A stretch of 64,000 nucleotides of DNA from Candidatus Levyibacteriota bacterium. Its GTDB lineage: Bacteria > Patescibacteriota > Microgenomatia > Levybacterales > GWA1-39-11. The position numbers and the translations under genes are program-made. The stretch is taken from NCBI GenBank assembly GCA_039738415.1, contig JBCLLY010000002.1, positions 9,792-73,791 of the forward strand, given 5' to 3'. Under the pieces are notes generated by a model that ran no database searches, had not been told where the DNA came from, and saw only the letters and a program-made list of their open reading frames with translations. Positions 18,977-29,172 of the stretch are shown in pieces (position 1 is the first letter of the stretch; each line of letters begins with the position of its first letter).

Positions 18977-19186
18977 TAAACGTTTTATAACATTTTTTAT
19001 AACTACATTAAGCTCCTGAAAAGTCTCATAAATTCTGTTGAAGATGATCTTCAAGGGTGTTCCACACTAAGAACACTCGCTCACAGATATTGACTCACAA
19101 TATTTGTATTGCAAACAGTTCTTCGATAAAAACTCCTTAGCTAAATTGCTTGACCTTTTATAGCTTTTATGGTTATTATATAAATA

Positions 19187-19735
19187 ATGGTATTATCGAT
19201 GAGAAGAATATTAATTATTGTTTTTGCTTGCGTAACCTTTTTTAGCATTTCTTCAGTTGCAAATGCCCAAGTTCCGGGTATAGTTACGGGAGTACTTGTT
19301 GAATACCCTGAGTGTGTTGGAGAAAGTTGCTCTTTTGTTCAAGCCAGCTGCTCATGGGCAGCAGTAACCGGTGTCGCATCCTATAACTATGTTATTACTG
19401 AGGTAGACACGAGTACACAAATTCAAACAGCAACCGTTGATACCTCAACTCTTAGAGTAGTATTTCCGGTAACACAGGAAAAAACGTATAAATGTGATGT
19501 TTTTGCTACAAATTCCAGCGGACAGTCGGGAGGAATAGGCACTCACTCGTTACTTTGTTCTGCGGAAGGACTTCTAGAACCTACGGTAACAGTAGCACCT
19601 ACTGTGGGTCCGACTTCAACGCGAATCCCTACAAAACCTCCTATAGAAGCTCCGGGAATATTTACAAACACTGTGCTAATTTTAGGAGGGGTTACTCTAA
19701 TCATAATTGCCGGTCTAGCACTAATCCTTCTTTAA
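19187..19735 (+). CDS. secreted, C-terminally membrane-anchored protein with an FN3-like domain
   Basis: It has a signal peptide (MRRILIIVFACVTFFSISSVANA; an alternative start is at 19199), a Cys-containing beta-rich middle, a Pro/Thr linker and a C-terminal TM helix. Confidence 0.55.
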   Translation: MVLSMRRILIIVFACVTFFSISSVANAQVPGIVTGVLVEYPECVGESCSFVQASCSWAAVTGVASYNYVITEVDTSTQIQTATVDTSTLRVVFPVTQEKTYKCDVFATNSSGQSGGIGTHSLLCSAEGLLEPTVTVAPTVGPTSTRIPTKPPIEAPGIFTNTVLILGGVTLIIIAGLALILL

Positions 19736-19739
19736 AATT

Positions 19740-20714
19740 ATGGATGAGAACGATCCTACGCTAACACAGGAAAGCACTCCGAATGCCACGTTGAATAACC
19801 TACCAGAAGAGAGGAAAACTTTTTTTAAAAAGAAAAAAGTAATGATAATTGCAGGAATCCTGCTGGCTCTTATTGTCGGGATTATTGCTTTTCTTCAATT
19901 GAGACAGAGTCCTGATACTGTTGCTAATCTCCCACCACCTGAACCTGAAAATGTGTTGCTCGCTACAGTAGGTGAGAAACAAATTTACTGGCGGGATGTT
20001 AACAATTTAGCCTTAGAGAATTATCTGGCGAGTGCCATTGATAACAACGTTCTGAAGTTGTATTTAAATATAGCAATTGAGCGAGCAATTCTTGATAAGG
20101 AGGCAGAGAGGCTTAAAATTAGTATAACTAGTGCTGAAATCGAATTGCGCAAGAAGTCAGCTGCAGCCAAGAAGACTGATTTACTCATTAAATACGACTT
20201 GCTAAAAGAGAAAGTGATGAAGGCTCAAATAAAAAATGTAGTCGCTTATACCGTTGGTTTTTGGATAGCCTCTTTTGATTACCCTCAATTACCCGAATAT
20301 ACCGTGCAAAGAGAGAAAGGTAAAATTGCACTTGCGGAAATCCAGCTTAAATTTATAGCGAATGAGAAAGCAGTTGACATCGCTAAGTACACGGCAGAAT
20401 CTTACCCAGAGCTAAGCGAGATTGTTGCGATAAATGGTCTAATTTATGTTAAAACAACAGATTTAAATCTATTGGAAAATCCCAGAACGTACACTCTTAA
20501 CCCCACAGATAAGGGTAAACCATATAATGATGATGAGGTGTTTGATGCTCTGTCGAAAATTAAAGCCGGGGAGGTTGTAAAAGTGGAGAGAAAAAATGGC
20601 TCCGGTGGAACTGTCATAAAGGCAGTATCAATAAATAACAGTGGATTTGCATCATATGAAGATTTTTTAACCGCACGTAAGAAAGAAATAGTTAAGATAA
20701 TAAGTAATTTATGA
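19740..20714 (+). CDS. membrane-anchored SurA/PpiD N-terminal-like chaperone-domain protein
   Basis: It has an N-terminal TM segment. VGEKQIYWRDVNNLALENYL...ILDKEAERLKISITSAEIE resembles the SurA N-terminal domain. No clear PPIase motif was seen. Confidence 0.4.
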   Translation: MDENDPTLTQESTPNATLNNLPEERKTFFKKKKVMIIAGILLALIVGIIAFLQLRQSPDTVANLPPPEPENVLLATVGEKQIYWRDVNNLALENYLASAIDNNVLKLYLNIAIERAILDKEAERLKISITSAEIELRKKSAAAKKTDLLIKYDLLKEKVMKAQIKNVVAYTVGFWIASFDYPQLPEYTVQREKGKIALAEIQLKFIANEKAVDIAKYTAESYPELSEIVAINGLIYVKTTDLNLLENPRTYTLNPTDKGKPYNDDEVFDALSKIKAGEVVKVERKNGSGGTVIKAVSINNSGFASYEDFLTARKKEIVKIISNL

Positions 20715-22243
20715 AAAGTGTTTTAATATTTGTATCATTCTTATTCACGGTCTTATCATTTCTAATTTTTCCAGGCGATGCGAATGCACAATGTGCAACT
20801 ATGCAGGGAACTATTGGAGGGTCTAATTTCCCTTCAGGGGGTAAAGTGGTAATAAAATGCGATGGGGACGATCCAGTCGGAGATTCAAATTGTGGTGGAA
20901 ACAGTGAGGCACTCGTACCAGGAGAAACGTATAATTTCCAGAATTGCAGTTGTCGTCTTGGAACTGGAAGATGTATGCAGGTGGTTTCAGTACCGACCGG
21001 ATGTACTTACAGTCTAACAGGTCAGATTTGTGGTACCAATGGTCAGACTAATTATCCTGATATAAGCGTTTCATGCCCTGCGCCTAGTACTCCATGTCCG
21101 AAGGGAAGAGGATATTGTGGCGATCCAAATGGCATTGGTGCCACGGATTGCACTTATGGAGCCGAGCCTGGTAGTTGGTTAAGTTCGCAGGGTTATACGG
21201 ATTGGTGTGCTGCTAATACAGGTGGTAGTACGAGTTATTGTTTCAATACTTGTAAACCTGCTCCAACTGCTACACCCACGCCTACGCCTACGCTTACACC
21301 CACAGCAACAGCCACCCCCACAAGTACACCCACATCATCACCCACCCCCACAAGTACTCCCGGGGCAACAGCCACTCCTACGAGGACACCTACGCCTACA
21401 AGTACGCCTGGTCCTACAAGTACGCCTGGTCCTACAAGCACGCCTAGACCTGTTTGTGGTGATCCATGTGCTATCAAAACTGAGTGTGATGGTGCAGCAT
21501 TAGGTTGTACAGAATGTCTTCTAAGTAGTGGGGGAGGGAAAACTTGCCAACCACTGGCTACGGGTACGCCTGTGCCGACAGCTACACCTCCTCCCGCACC
21601 TACGCCTACGCCTGACTTTAAAGAAGCTATGTGTAAGTGTGACCTAATGAATGTAGGGCAAATAACGATGGGGGAGCCTATTAAAATTGAGGCTTTCGCA
21701 AAAGTAGTAGGCGATGACGTCAAAAAAGCATATGTTAGAAATATGAATTTTAAGATTTACGAAGGCAACCCTTCTGGCGGAAGAAGGGTGCCTTTTATAG
21801 ATGAAGCCACACGGCCAGTAGATGTAGTAGGTAATTCGTCGGCAACCTTGGTGCGCTATAGAGCAGAGTGGACAGTTAGCCCTAATCAGATAAAAATAGG
21901 GGAAGAATATAGAATAGTCGCAACTCCGGATTGTGCTCCTAGAGTTGCGGCAATTCAACGTCAAAATCAGAGCGTAGTGCTTGCCGCAAGAGACGAAAAT
22001 ATTGGATTTTTCGAACAAATCGCAAACTTCTTTGCGGGACTTTTTGGGCAGGGTAGTGAGCCGGAAGATCAGGGTGTTCAGACAGCAGAGGAAGATCAGG
22101 GCCCACTTTCATTTATAACAAATTTCTTCAGACCTCAAACGGAAGTTAGGCGTCAGATTCAGATGCAAACATTTATTCCATCTCAAATGGAGAAAGAGGC
22201 TTGTAATATTGTGAAATTCAAATTTGACTTCATAGCTCAGTAA
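20711..22243 (+). CDS. secreted Cys-rich protein with a long Pro/Thr-rich linker
   Basis: It has a signal peptide, many Cys residues, and a PTATPTPTPTLTPTATATPTSTPTSSPTPTSTPG... low-complexity block (about 21250-21450 and 21555-21615). Confidence 0.6.
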   Translation: MKSVLIFVSFLFTVLSFLIFPGDANAQCATMQGTIGGSNFPSGGKVVIKCDGDDPVGDSNCGGNSEALVPGETYNFQNCSCRLGTGRCMQVVSVPTGCTYSLTGQICGTNGQTNYPDISVSCPAPSTPCPKGRGYCGDPNGIGATDCTYGAEPGSWLSSQGYTDWCAANTGGSTSYCFNTCKPAPTATPTPTPTLTPTATATPTSTPTSSPTPTSTPGATATPTRTPTPTSTPGPTSTPGPTSTPRPVCGDPCAIKTECDGAALGCTECLLSSGGGKTCQPLATGTPVPTATPPPAPTPTPDFKEAMCKCDLMNVGQITMGEPIKIEAFAKVVGDDVKKAYVRNMNFKIYEGNPSGGRRVPFIDEATRPVDVVGNSSATLVRYRAEWTVSPNQIKIGEEYRIVATPDCAPRVAAIQRQNQSVVLAARDENIGFFEQIANFFAGLFGQGSEPEDQGVQTAEEDQGPLSFITNFFRPQTEVRRQIQMQTFIPSQMEKEACNIVKFKFDFIAQ

Positions 22244-22352
22244 TTTCTTTATCCCGAACACAAAAACCCGTTTGCAAGAACGAGTGTGAGGGATTTATAA
22301 AAAAACCTTTTTCTAGTATAATATCCTACAAATCCTAATTTATTTAGGTTAT

Positions 22353-22428
22353 GGTGGTGTTAGCTCAATTTGGTTAGAGCATCAGATTGTGGATCTGAAG
22401 GCTGCCGGTTCAAGTCCGGTACACCACC
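22353..22428 (+). tRNA. tRNA-His(GUG) with encoded G-1
   Basis: G-1 precedes acceptor GTGGTGT/ACACCAC and discriminator C73. Anticodon loop TTGTGGA, T loop TTCAAGT. Confidence 0.85.
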
Positions 22429-22459
22429 CACCGTAATTTATTACACGTATTTAAGCTTA

Positions 22460-23557
22460 TTAAACAAATTCTTTAATACTATCGCATATATATGCAACGT
22501 CTTGTTTTGTCATCCATGGATGACAAGGAAGAGTTAACGTTTCCCTAATCATTTTCCTCGCCTCAGTTAGTTCATAAATCTTATATTTCATATATCTCAT
22601 GAAGGGTTGATCTGGTATTAGCATGGGATAATGAATTCCAGTTTCTATTCCTTTTCGCTTAAGATGATTCTTTAATTGATTACGCTTTTTGGCCCTAATT
22701 ACAAATAGATGAAAATTTGCAAATGTCATTTTATTGTAATCTAAAAAATTTATATACTTAAAACCTGAAAGGTTATTCATGTATTCTCTAGCTAAATTTC
22801 TACGTTTTTCGTTATCAGAGTCCAAATATTTTAATTTTATTAATAAAATACCCGCCTGAATTTCATCCAATCGGCTATTTAAACCATACTCTGTATGCAA
22901 ATTTTTCCTTTTTTGTCCATAATCCCTAAGTTTATAAGCCAAAGTTGCAAGTTTAGCGTTATTTGTAACTATTGCCCCACCATCCCCAATTGCACCTAAA
23001 TTTTTTGTAGGATAAAAACTAAAGCAACCTACATCTCCAAATTTACCCAACTTTTTGTTTATAAAGATAGATCCGTGGCCCTGCGCTGCATCTTCAATTA
23101 AAAATATTTTGTTGACTTTGCAAATTTTTTTAAGTTTAATCAAATCACATGATATTCCATAAAGATCAACGGGAATGATAGCTTTTGTGTGTTTATTTAT
23201 TTTTTTTTCAAGTATATCTAAATTAATTTGTCCATTTTTATCTACGTCAATAAATACCGGTTTAGCAGACACTGCTAAAATTGCGAGAGTAGTGGCAACC
23301 GCTGAGAGAGGAGTTGTAATCACCTCATCGTTTTCACCAATACCTAACACCATTAGGGATATTTGTAGAGCTTCAAGTCCATTTGCCACACCAATGCAAT
23401 ATTTAACATTCAAGTAACTTGCGAATTCTCTTTCAAACTTTTTAACTTCGTTGCCCAAAATATAATAGCCAGATGAGAGTATCCTATCAAAAGCAGTTCT
23501 ATATTCTTCGCCTCTATACTGTACCTCTTTTGTAAAATCGTTTAATTTGATATTCAT
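22460..23557 (-). CDS. DegT/DnrJ/EryC1/StrS-family sugar aminotransferase (PLP-dependent)
   Basis: 365 aa. The N-terminal pattern YYILGNEVKKFEREFASYL and the general family layout fit this family. Confidence 0.85.
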   Translation of the reverse strand: MNIKLNDFTKEVQYRGEEYRTAFDRILSSGYYILGNEVKKFEREFASYLNVKYCIGVANGLEALQISLMVLGIGENDEVITTPLSAVATTLAILAVSAKPVFIDVDKNGQINLDILEKKINKHTKAIIPVDLYGISCDLIKLKKICKVNKIFLIEDAAQGHGSIFINKKLGKFGDVGCFSFYPTKNLGAIGDGGAIVTNNAKLATLAYKLRDYGQKRKNLHTEYGLNSRLDEIQAGILLIKLKYLDSDNEKRRNLAREYMNNLSGFKYINFLDYNKMTFANFHLFVIRAKKRNQLKNHLKRKGIETGIHYPMLIPDQPFMRYMKYKIYELTEARKMIRETLTLPCHPWMTKQDVAYICDSIKEFV

Positions 23558-23949
23558 TTTGTATTTGCTATTTTTAAAAAATCATTGTAATCCCTAATGT
23601 AATCATTCTCATCATAAAATTTTGAAGCAAAGACTAGAAGAATTGTATTTTTATTCATGTCATGCATTTCGTGCCAGATCATTTTATCTAAAAATAAGCC
23701 CACTTCTGACTTATCTAAAACTACTACCTCTTTTTTATTACCGTCATCTATCACCATTTTAACTTTACCTTGAATACAAAAAATTACCTGTTTGTTTTGA
23801 TAGTGAGCATGTTTGCCTCGATATAAATCTGCGTTGGGTTGAGTAATGTAGTAGACCCGTTTCGTTGCAAAGGGAATATGCTTATTATTTTCTACAAAAT
23901 GCAAGAAGCAATCGTCATTTATTTTTGGAATTTTTATCAATTTTATCAT
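23554..23949 (-). CDS. WxcM/FdtA-like sugar 3,4-ketoisomerase (cupin)
   Basis: 131 aa. FATKRVYYI...GKHAHYQNKQVIFCIQGKV. It is coupled to the aminotransferase gene. Confidence 0.75.
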   Translation of the reverse strand: MIKLIKIPKINDDCFLHFVENNKHIPFATKRVYYITQPNADLYRGKHAHYQNKQVIFCIQGKVKMVIDDGNKKEVVVLDKSEVGLFLDKMIWHEMHDMNKNTILLVFASKFYDENDYIRDYNDFLKIANTK

Positions 23950-23980
23950 TGTTTCTTTTAAGATGATGATTAATCAGGAT

Positions 23981-25051
23981 TCATTTTGATGTCCTCGTGC
24001 CAACATCTGTTCGTTGTCGATATTTGCCTAATGGTTGAATTGATGTTACTTGTTGATCTGGAGTCATTGCCAAAAACGTCTCGTATTGTCTTTTATTCTC
24101 ATCCATCATTGCGAAATAATCTGCTCTATTTGTTGTAGAATGCCAGAGATGAATTATTGGATAATTTGTAGAAACTGATTGATTATCAAAATACATATCT
24201 CCGTCTCTTGCTCGTTTATAATCATATAGGGCTTGAGCTCTTGCCCAAAAACCCAAATCTTCGTATCCCCATCCTACATAGCTTGGCGAACCACCCATTC
24301 TGTCATACTCAGCTGATCTAGTTAAATAAGATGCCTTAGCTCTCCCTCCTGGTCTATATTTCAAAAGAGTTTCACTTGGTTGTACTACTCTAAAGGAGTC
24401 ACCAAAATATGTAAAAGTCCCCTCATTTATTCCCCAAATTTCCTCAGGATTTAATCCCAATAGACTTTCTACCTGTAATTCTGGTGGCAAAGCAAGAACT
24501 AATGGAGATAACTCATCAGGGCTAAAATATTTTCTGTCAACGATACCCACCTGATGCGTATCTAAACGAACGCCTGTGTTAATTGTTTCAAGTGCGGCTA
24601 AAACTTTTGTCCAATCTACTCTGCCCTGTGTGATTGCTTCAGTTAAAGGTTTTGATAAATTTACGGAAGAAAAAAATGGAAAAATAACTGGTGCATTTAA
24701 CTCTTTCATTTTTTCCAATGATCTTTCAACCATTTCGGGAGGTAAAATAAAATCAGCTTGATGAATATAAGTAAACTCAGAGTTCGTTGCTCTAAGAAAT
24801 CCTTCATTTTGAACTATCGCTGGACTATATATACCATTTTGAAGAGGTAAAAAAATATATTCGTCGCAATAGTTTTTTGCATAATTTGCCTGAGTTGGTG
24901 AATTGCTGGATTCTACTAAAATCGTACGAATATTAGGATAAGTTTGGGTATTCACACACTCTTCAACTACAAAATGTAACAAGGTTTCTCTTTCCGGCTG
25001 AGTTTCTGAATAACCGAAAGGAACTATTATATTAACATCTTCTTTGCTCAT
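23981..25051 (-). CDS. GT-A-fold glycosyltransferase-like protein (GT2 / beta-1,4-galactosyltransferase-like C-terminal motif)
   Basis: NIIVPFGY start, an HQADFILP acidic motif, VGWGYEDLGFWARA, and a late IIHLWH motif. Confidence 0.5.
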   Translation of the reverse strand: MSKEDVNIIVPFGYSETQPERETLLHFVVEECVNTQTYPNIRTILVESSNSPTQANYAKNYCDEYIFLPLQNGIYSPAIVQNEGFLRATNSEFTYIHQADFILPPEMVERSLEKMKELNAPVIFPFFSSVNLSKPLTEAITQGRVDWTKVLAALETINTGVRLDTHQVGIVDRKYFSPDELSPLVLALPPELQVESLLGLNPEEIWGINEGTFTYFGDSFRVVQPSETLLKYRPGGRAKASYLTRSAEYDRMGGSPSYVGWGYEDLGFWARAQALYDYKRARDGDMYFDNQSVSTNYPIIHLWHSTTNRADYFAMMDENKRQYETFLAMTPDQQVTSIQPLGKYRQRTDVGTRTSK

Positions 25052-25656
25052 TTTTCTTCTTCCTCCATTTTTGTATAAATTAGATTTCTAATATAATCAG
25101 CCTTACTTATACCACTCTCTCTTGCAATGTCATTTAGAAAATTATCCATATTTTCGCTTATCATTAAATTGAATCTTTTATCCAGGCCTTTCTTTTCAAC
25201 AAAACTTAGGAAGTTTTTAATCGTTTTCCTTAAACTATCTTTTTCTGATGATGAGTATTGTTTGATTCTGAGCAATCTATTATATGAAGCCAGGTATAAT
25301 CCCCTATATTCTTCTTGGATTAAAAAAAGCACAGGGATTCCTCGTTGTAATGCCATCGATAGATAATATCCACCACCAGTGGTAGGTTGTGTTCCTTCAA
25401 AAACAACACAATCGCTTTTTACCATATCTTTTAATAACTCTTTTGCTCTTTTTTCACTGCTTTTTACACTTCTCCTTAATATCTCTCTTGGTTTGATAAG
25501 GGATTGACGTGAATTAACCATGTGACCTTCCGATTCAAGAATCGAAATAATATCTATGTACGAAGACCGCAAATTTTTAGACGCAGCAATGCTTGCTAAG
25601 AAAAATATTTTCATACATTGAATATTGTTGTATAATACATATGTTTTATATGTCAA
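25048..25656 (-). CDS. nucleoside 2-deoxyribosyltransferase-like domain fused to a C-terminal ribbon-helix-helix domain
   Basis: MKIFFLASIAAS...DCVVFEGTQPTTGGGYYLSMALQRGIPVLFL shows the NDT-like pattern. The C-terminus KRFNLMISENMDNFLNDIARESGISKADYIRNLI is CopG/RHH-like. The likely start is M15 at 25614. Confidence 0.5.
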   Translation of the reverse strand: MTYKTYVLYNNIQCMKIFFLASIAASKNLRSSYIDIISILESEGHMVNSRQSLIKPREILRRSVKSSEKRAKELLKDMVKSDCVVFEGTQPTTGGGYYLSMALQRGIPVLFLIQEEYRGLYLASYNRLLRIKQYSSSEKDSLRKTIKNFLSFVEKKGLDKRFNLMISENMDNFLNDIARESGISKADYIRNLIYTKMEEEEK

Positions 25657-25824
25657 ATCGACTGAAATTTGTCAAAAGTATTATATCACTTTTTTGTTTA
25701 GATTTATTAAAAAGCATCAAAAATGCAACTTTAGCAGATTTTGAGCGAGTTTTAATAACTAGAGACGAATTAATTTTGTTATGTTTAACGAATCGCTTTT
25801 TATCAAATCTCGAAAGGAGAAGGA

Positions 25825-26508
25825 ATGATTATAGATAGGTTTGATGCCAAACCAGTTCAGTTACTTCTAGCACGGCATAGAGAGCATCAAGAGTCATATT
25901 TGCAAGATTTTCGGGGAATCCCTTTGATTATATTTCCGGATGTATTTAACCCTGCATACACAAAAGTGTCAAGTTATTTAGCTGATAACTTAGTTATTCA
26001 ACCCGGGTCAACAGTATTAGAAATGTTCAGCGGAAGTGGAGCATTATCCTTTATAGCTGCTGGGAAAGCAAGAGAAGTAACAGGGGTAGATATCTCACCG
26101 AATTCTGTTGACTGCGCAAAGTTAAATGCGGCTAAACTAGGTTTATCTGATAGAACTAAATTTAGAGTAGCTAATTTATGGGAGGGTGTTAGAGAAGGTG
26201 AGAAGTTTGACGTGATAATTGCTAATCCTCCATTACTACCGGCAATACCAGAAAGTTGGCTGGAAATGACCATTGCCGATAGTCCAGACATGCTAACTAC
26301 AATTAAATTTATCCAGGGCTGTTCCTCTCATCTAACTGATTCGGGTCGTGTTTTTATGGCTTTTTCCAATGCTTGTGGGGTATATTTTGCAAATCCTCTT
26401 GGATTAATTAACAAAACAGCAGATGAATCAGGGCTAATAATGCAAGTTAAATCCGAATGGGATGTTGGATATGAAATATATAGAATACTTGAATTTACAA
26501 AAAAATAA
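25825..26508 (+). CDS. class I SAM-dependent methyltransferase (HemK/RsmC-like small-domain type)
   Basis: VLEMFSGSGALS is SAM motif I, and DVIIANPPLLP is an NPPY-like motif. Confidence 0.7.
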   Translation: MIIDRFDAKPVQLLLARHREHQESYLQDFRGIPLIIFPDVFNPAYTKVSSYLADNLVIQPGSTVLEMFSGSGALSFIAAGKAREVTGVDISPNSVDCAKLNAAKLGLSDRTKFRVANLWEGVREGEKFDVIIANPPLLPAIPESWLEMTIADSPDMLTTIKFIQGCSSHLTDSGRVFMAFSNACGVYFANPLGLINKTADESGLIMQVKSEWDVGYEIYRILEFTKK

Positions 26509-26510
26509 AT

Positions 26511-27665
26511 ATGGCAAAAATAATAGCTACAGCTGAAAATTATGCATTTGGGCCTGCAAGCAAATTGGTAACTGTTTGCAAACGTCTTATAGACGAAGGG
26601 CATGAGGTTACGTTTATTGGTGAGGGTACAGCTTATCAACTTGCAAGCAAGCTTAATTTTCAAAAAATTTACAAATTTGATACTGATTCTAAGGAATTTA
26701 TGAATTGGGGTACAGAAATTTTTAAGAGTGCTGATTCCCTACTTTCGAGTGTTGATCGTTCGAGTGTAATCCTTGCTAAAAAGCTTAACTTACCTGTTAT
26801 TTGGCTTGATATGTTATTCTGGTGGTGGGATACGATACCAGATTACCTTTTTGATATTAGTTTATATATACAACAAAACTCTATTAAAAACGAACTTAAC
26901 ATAGAAAGATATAAAAATAAAATAAAGAACATGAAGATAGTCGGCCCAATTATTGACACTTCTTACAAAAATTTACCAATAAAGAAACAGCTTCTTATCG
27001 CATTTGGTGGAACGGAAGCCGCCGGCTGGTACAAAATTGGGAAAGATAGTAATTATCCATATACAATCTCAAAAATGATTATTGAAAAGGTTAATACTAG
27101 TAGATACGACAAAGTTATTTTTGCAGGAAATGAGAAAATAATGGTAGATCTGAATAAAAAATATGGAAATACAAAATTTCAGTTTAAAATACTGTCTCAT
27201 GATGATTGGCTTAGGGAAATGGCATCATCACAGGATTTATTAATTCATCCTGGACTCGAAACCGTATTAGAGATAATCTCGTATGAGAGACCAGCATTTT
27301 TCTTGCCCCCGGACAATAGTAGTGCTTATGTAGAATTGGACGAATTTAGACGTAAAGGTATTGCAACGAAAGAGAATTCTGTTCACTTCGCTGATTATTT
27401 TCCGTGCAAGAATTTTTTAGGTCGTGATTTGCGAGTAATTATGGAAGAATTCATGGGCGAAATGCGAGAATTTGAAGCTTCTAGGGAAATTTTGGATAAT
27501 TGCGCAAAAAGAATTAATTTATTTATCGATATGTCGCAAGAAAGAAAAAATACTCAGATACTAAAACAGAGGGAATATATGCAGGATTTTGGTAAGAATG
27601 GGTTAGAACAAACCATGAAAATAATAAACGAATTTTTAGAAAATATAAATAATAAACATGTCTGA
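26511..27665 (+). CDS. GT-B-fold glycosyltransferase-like protein (GT1/GT28-like)
   Basis: The N-terminus AENYAFGPASKLVTVCKRLIDEGHEVTFIG and the C-terminal LIHPGLETVLEIISYERPAFFLPP resemble the GT1 donor-binding motif. Confidence 0.5.
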   Translation: MAKIIATAENYAFGPASKLVTVCKRLIDEGHEVTFIGEGTAYQLASKLNFQKIYKFDTDSKEFMNWGTEIFKSADSLLSSVDRSSVILAKKLNLPVIWLDMLFWWWDTIPDYLFDISLYIQQNSIKNELNIERYKNKIKNMKIVGPIIDTSYKNLPIKKQLLIAFGGTEAAGWYKIGKDSNYPYTISKMIIEKVNTSRYDKVIFAGNEKIMVDLNKKYGNTKFQFKILSHDDWLREMASSQDLLIHPGLETVLEIISYERPAFFLPPDNSSAYVELDEFRRKGIATKENSVHFADYFPCKNFLGRDLRVIMEEFMGEMREFEASREILDNCAKRINLFIDMSQERKNTQILKQREYMQDFGKNGLEQTMKIINEFLENINNKHV

Positions 27666-28740
27666 ATTCGTAGAGAGAGTTTTAAATAGATCGCTAGGAA
27701 ATCAGGACACAAGTAGTAATTGCTCTAGGCTTTCAAGTGGTATTAGTAACGAAACATATAGGGTTACTAGGCCCATCGATGGACTAACAACTGACTTAGC
27801 AGTAACAATTATTAGAGACCCATCATCTTGGTGGAAAATAGAACAGGAGTATTCTCTTCGAGAGATATTACATGAAGATCAAGAGGTGTCTATTCCTAAG
27901 CTATATAACGCTGGTTTTGATCATTTAGATGATCAAAAATTTGCATTTATCATTAGAGAATTTTTGCCAGGTCAAGACCTTGACGCTATTTTTACTTTAC
28001 TTATGACATCTTCTAGTTCTTCAGAAAGAGATGTAAAATCATTAGCTACCGATTTAGGTAGGCGTTTGGCTACGCTTCATCGCCACCAGTCATCTGCATT
28101 TGGCCTTGTAGGAAGAGCATCTGAAGTTATTTATCCGCAATGGGGAGACTATGTTTTGGGAGAGATTGAAAATAAATCTCGGTTACTCGCTCAACTTCCC
28201 TCTGACCAACAGGTTGGATCCGTGAAAGTCGCAGAAATTTTGAGTATTCTTCCAGCATTAGATGGATTAATCGGATCAAAGCAATGGTCATTGTTTGAAC
28301 AAAACTCTCCATCGTTAAGCCATGGAGATGCTCATTTTCATAATTTTATTGCTAATTCGAACGAAGATGGAATATGGAAAATAAACGGTATGATTGATAC
28401 AGATGAAGCGCTAGGTAGTGATCCAGAAATAGATATAGCTTTTATCGAAAATTGGCTACACTTTGCGTCCTATGGTCAAAGGTTTTACCAACACAAAGGA
28501 GAATTTTTAACGGGTTATGAGTCCGTACGAGAAATTTCAGATCACTATTCAAGTCGTAGATTAATATATCATGTGCTAAGATCCCTATCTTACCTGCAGG
28601 TCGTATCAACTCTTGATCAAAATGAATTTGCAAGTATGAATTCGCAAAATTTAAATTACATTTCAAAACATTTGGGCATATTAAGATCATTAGCAAGAGG
28701 TAATGGCTTAGAAGATCTTGACATATTATCATTAGCATAA
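27658..28740 (+). CDS. aminoglycoside-phosphotransferase/choline-kinase-family small-molecule kinase
   Basis: It carries a Brenner-type motif LSHGDAHFHNFI and a downstream IDTDE motif. It overlaps the upstream gene by 8 nt. Confidence 0.75.
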   Translation: MSEFVERVLNRSLGNQDTSSNCSRLSSGISNETYRVTRPIDGLTTDLAVTIIRDPSSWWKIEQEYSLREILHEDQEVSIPKLYNAGFDHLDDQKFAFIIREFLPGQDLDAIFTLLMTSSSSSERDVKSLATDLGRRLATLHRHQSSAFGLVGRASEVIYPQWGDYVLGEIENKSRLLAQLPSDQQVGSVKVAEILSILPALDGLIGSKQWSLFEQNSPSLSHGDAHFHNFIANSNEDGIWKINGMIDTDEALGSDPEIDIAFIENWLHFASYGQRFYQHKGEFLTGYESVREISDHYSSRRLIYHVLRSLSYLQVVSTLDQNEFASMNSQNLNYISKHLGILRSLARGNGLEDLDILSLA

Positions 28741-28746
28741 TCTAAT

Positions 28747-29172
28747 ATGAAAGTATTTATCGCAGGTATAATGCAGGGAAATAAAAAAGAATATGGAATT
28801 CATTCTCAGGGTTATCGAAGTGAAATTTCGAAACATTTACAACAGATTATTCTTGATATAAAAATAATTGATCCTGACAAAACAGATCCGGAAAGACTCT
28901 CCTATGATCAAAATGAAGAAGCGAATATGTTTTTTAAATACTGTTCTATGGCTGGAAAAGTTGACCTAATGATTTCCTATATTCCTGAAGCAAGTATGGG
29001 CTCAGCAATAGAAATGTGGATAGCGTATAAAGCTAATGTCCCGATAGTCAGCATTTCACCTCTCACGCACAATTGGGTTATTAAGTTACTTTCTAAAAAA
29101 ATATACTCCGACTTGGATAGTTTTAAAAATAAATTTAATTTCCAGATACTTAAGGAGTTAGATCTTATCTAA
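28747..29172 (+). CDS. nucleoside 2-deoxyribosyltransferase-like protein
   Basis: 141 aa. MKVFIAGIMQG...DLMISYIPEASMGSAIEMWIAYKANVPIV. Confidence 0.5.
   Translation: MKVFIAGIMQGNKKEYGIHSQGYRSEISKHLQQIILDIKIIDPDKTDPERLSYDQNEEANMFFKYCSMAGKVDLMISYIPEASMGSAIEMWIAYKANVPIVSISPLTHNWVIKLLSKKIYSDLDSFKNKFNFQILKELDLI

Noticed and set aside
21207-21723. ORFs 21207..21503 (+) and 21235..21723 (-), which overlap the Pro/Thr-rich part of the 20711..22243 gene.
   Set aside because: They are low-complexity translations (PQ/GV repeats) of alternative frames of a GC-rich repetitive linker. They have no independent start signals. They are frame artefacts.
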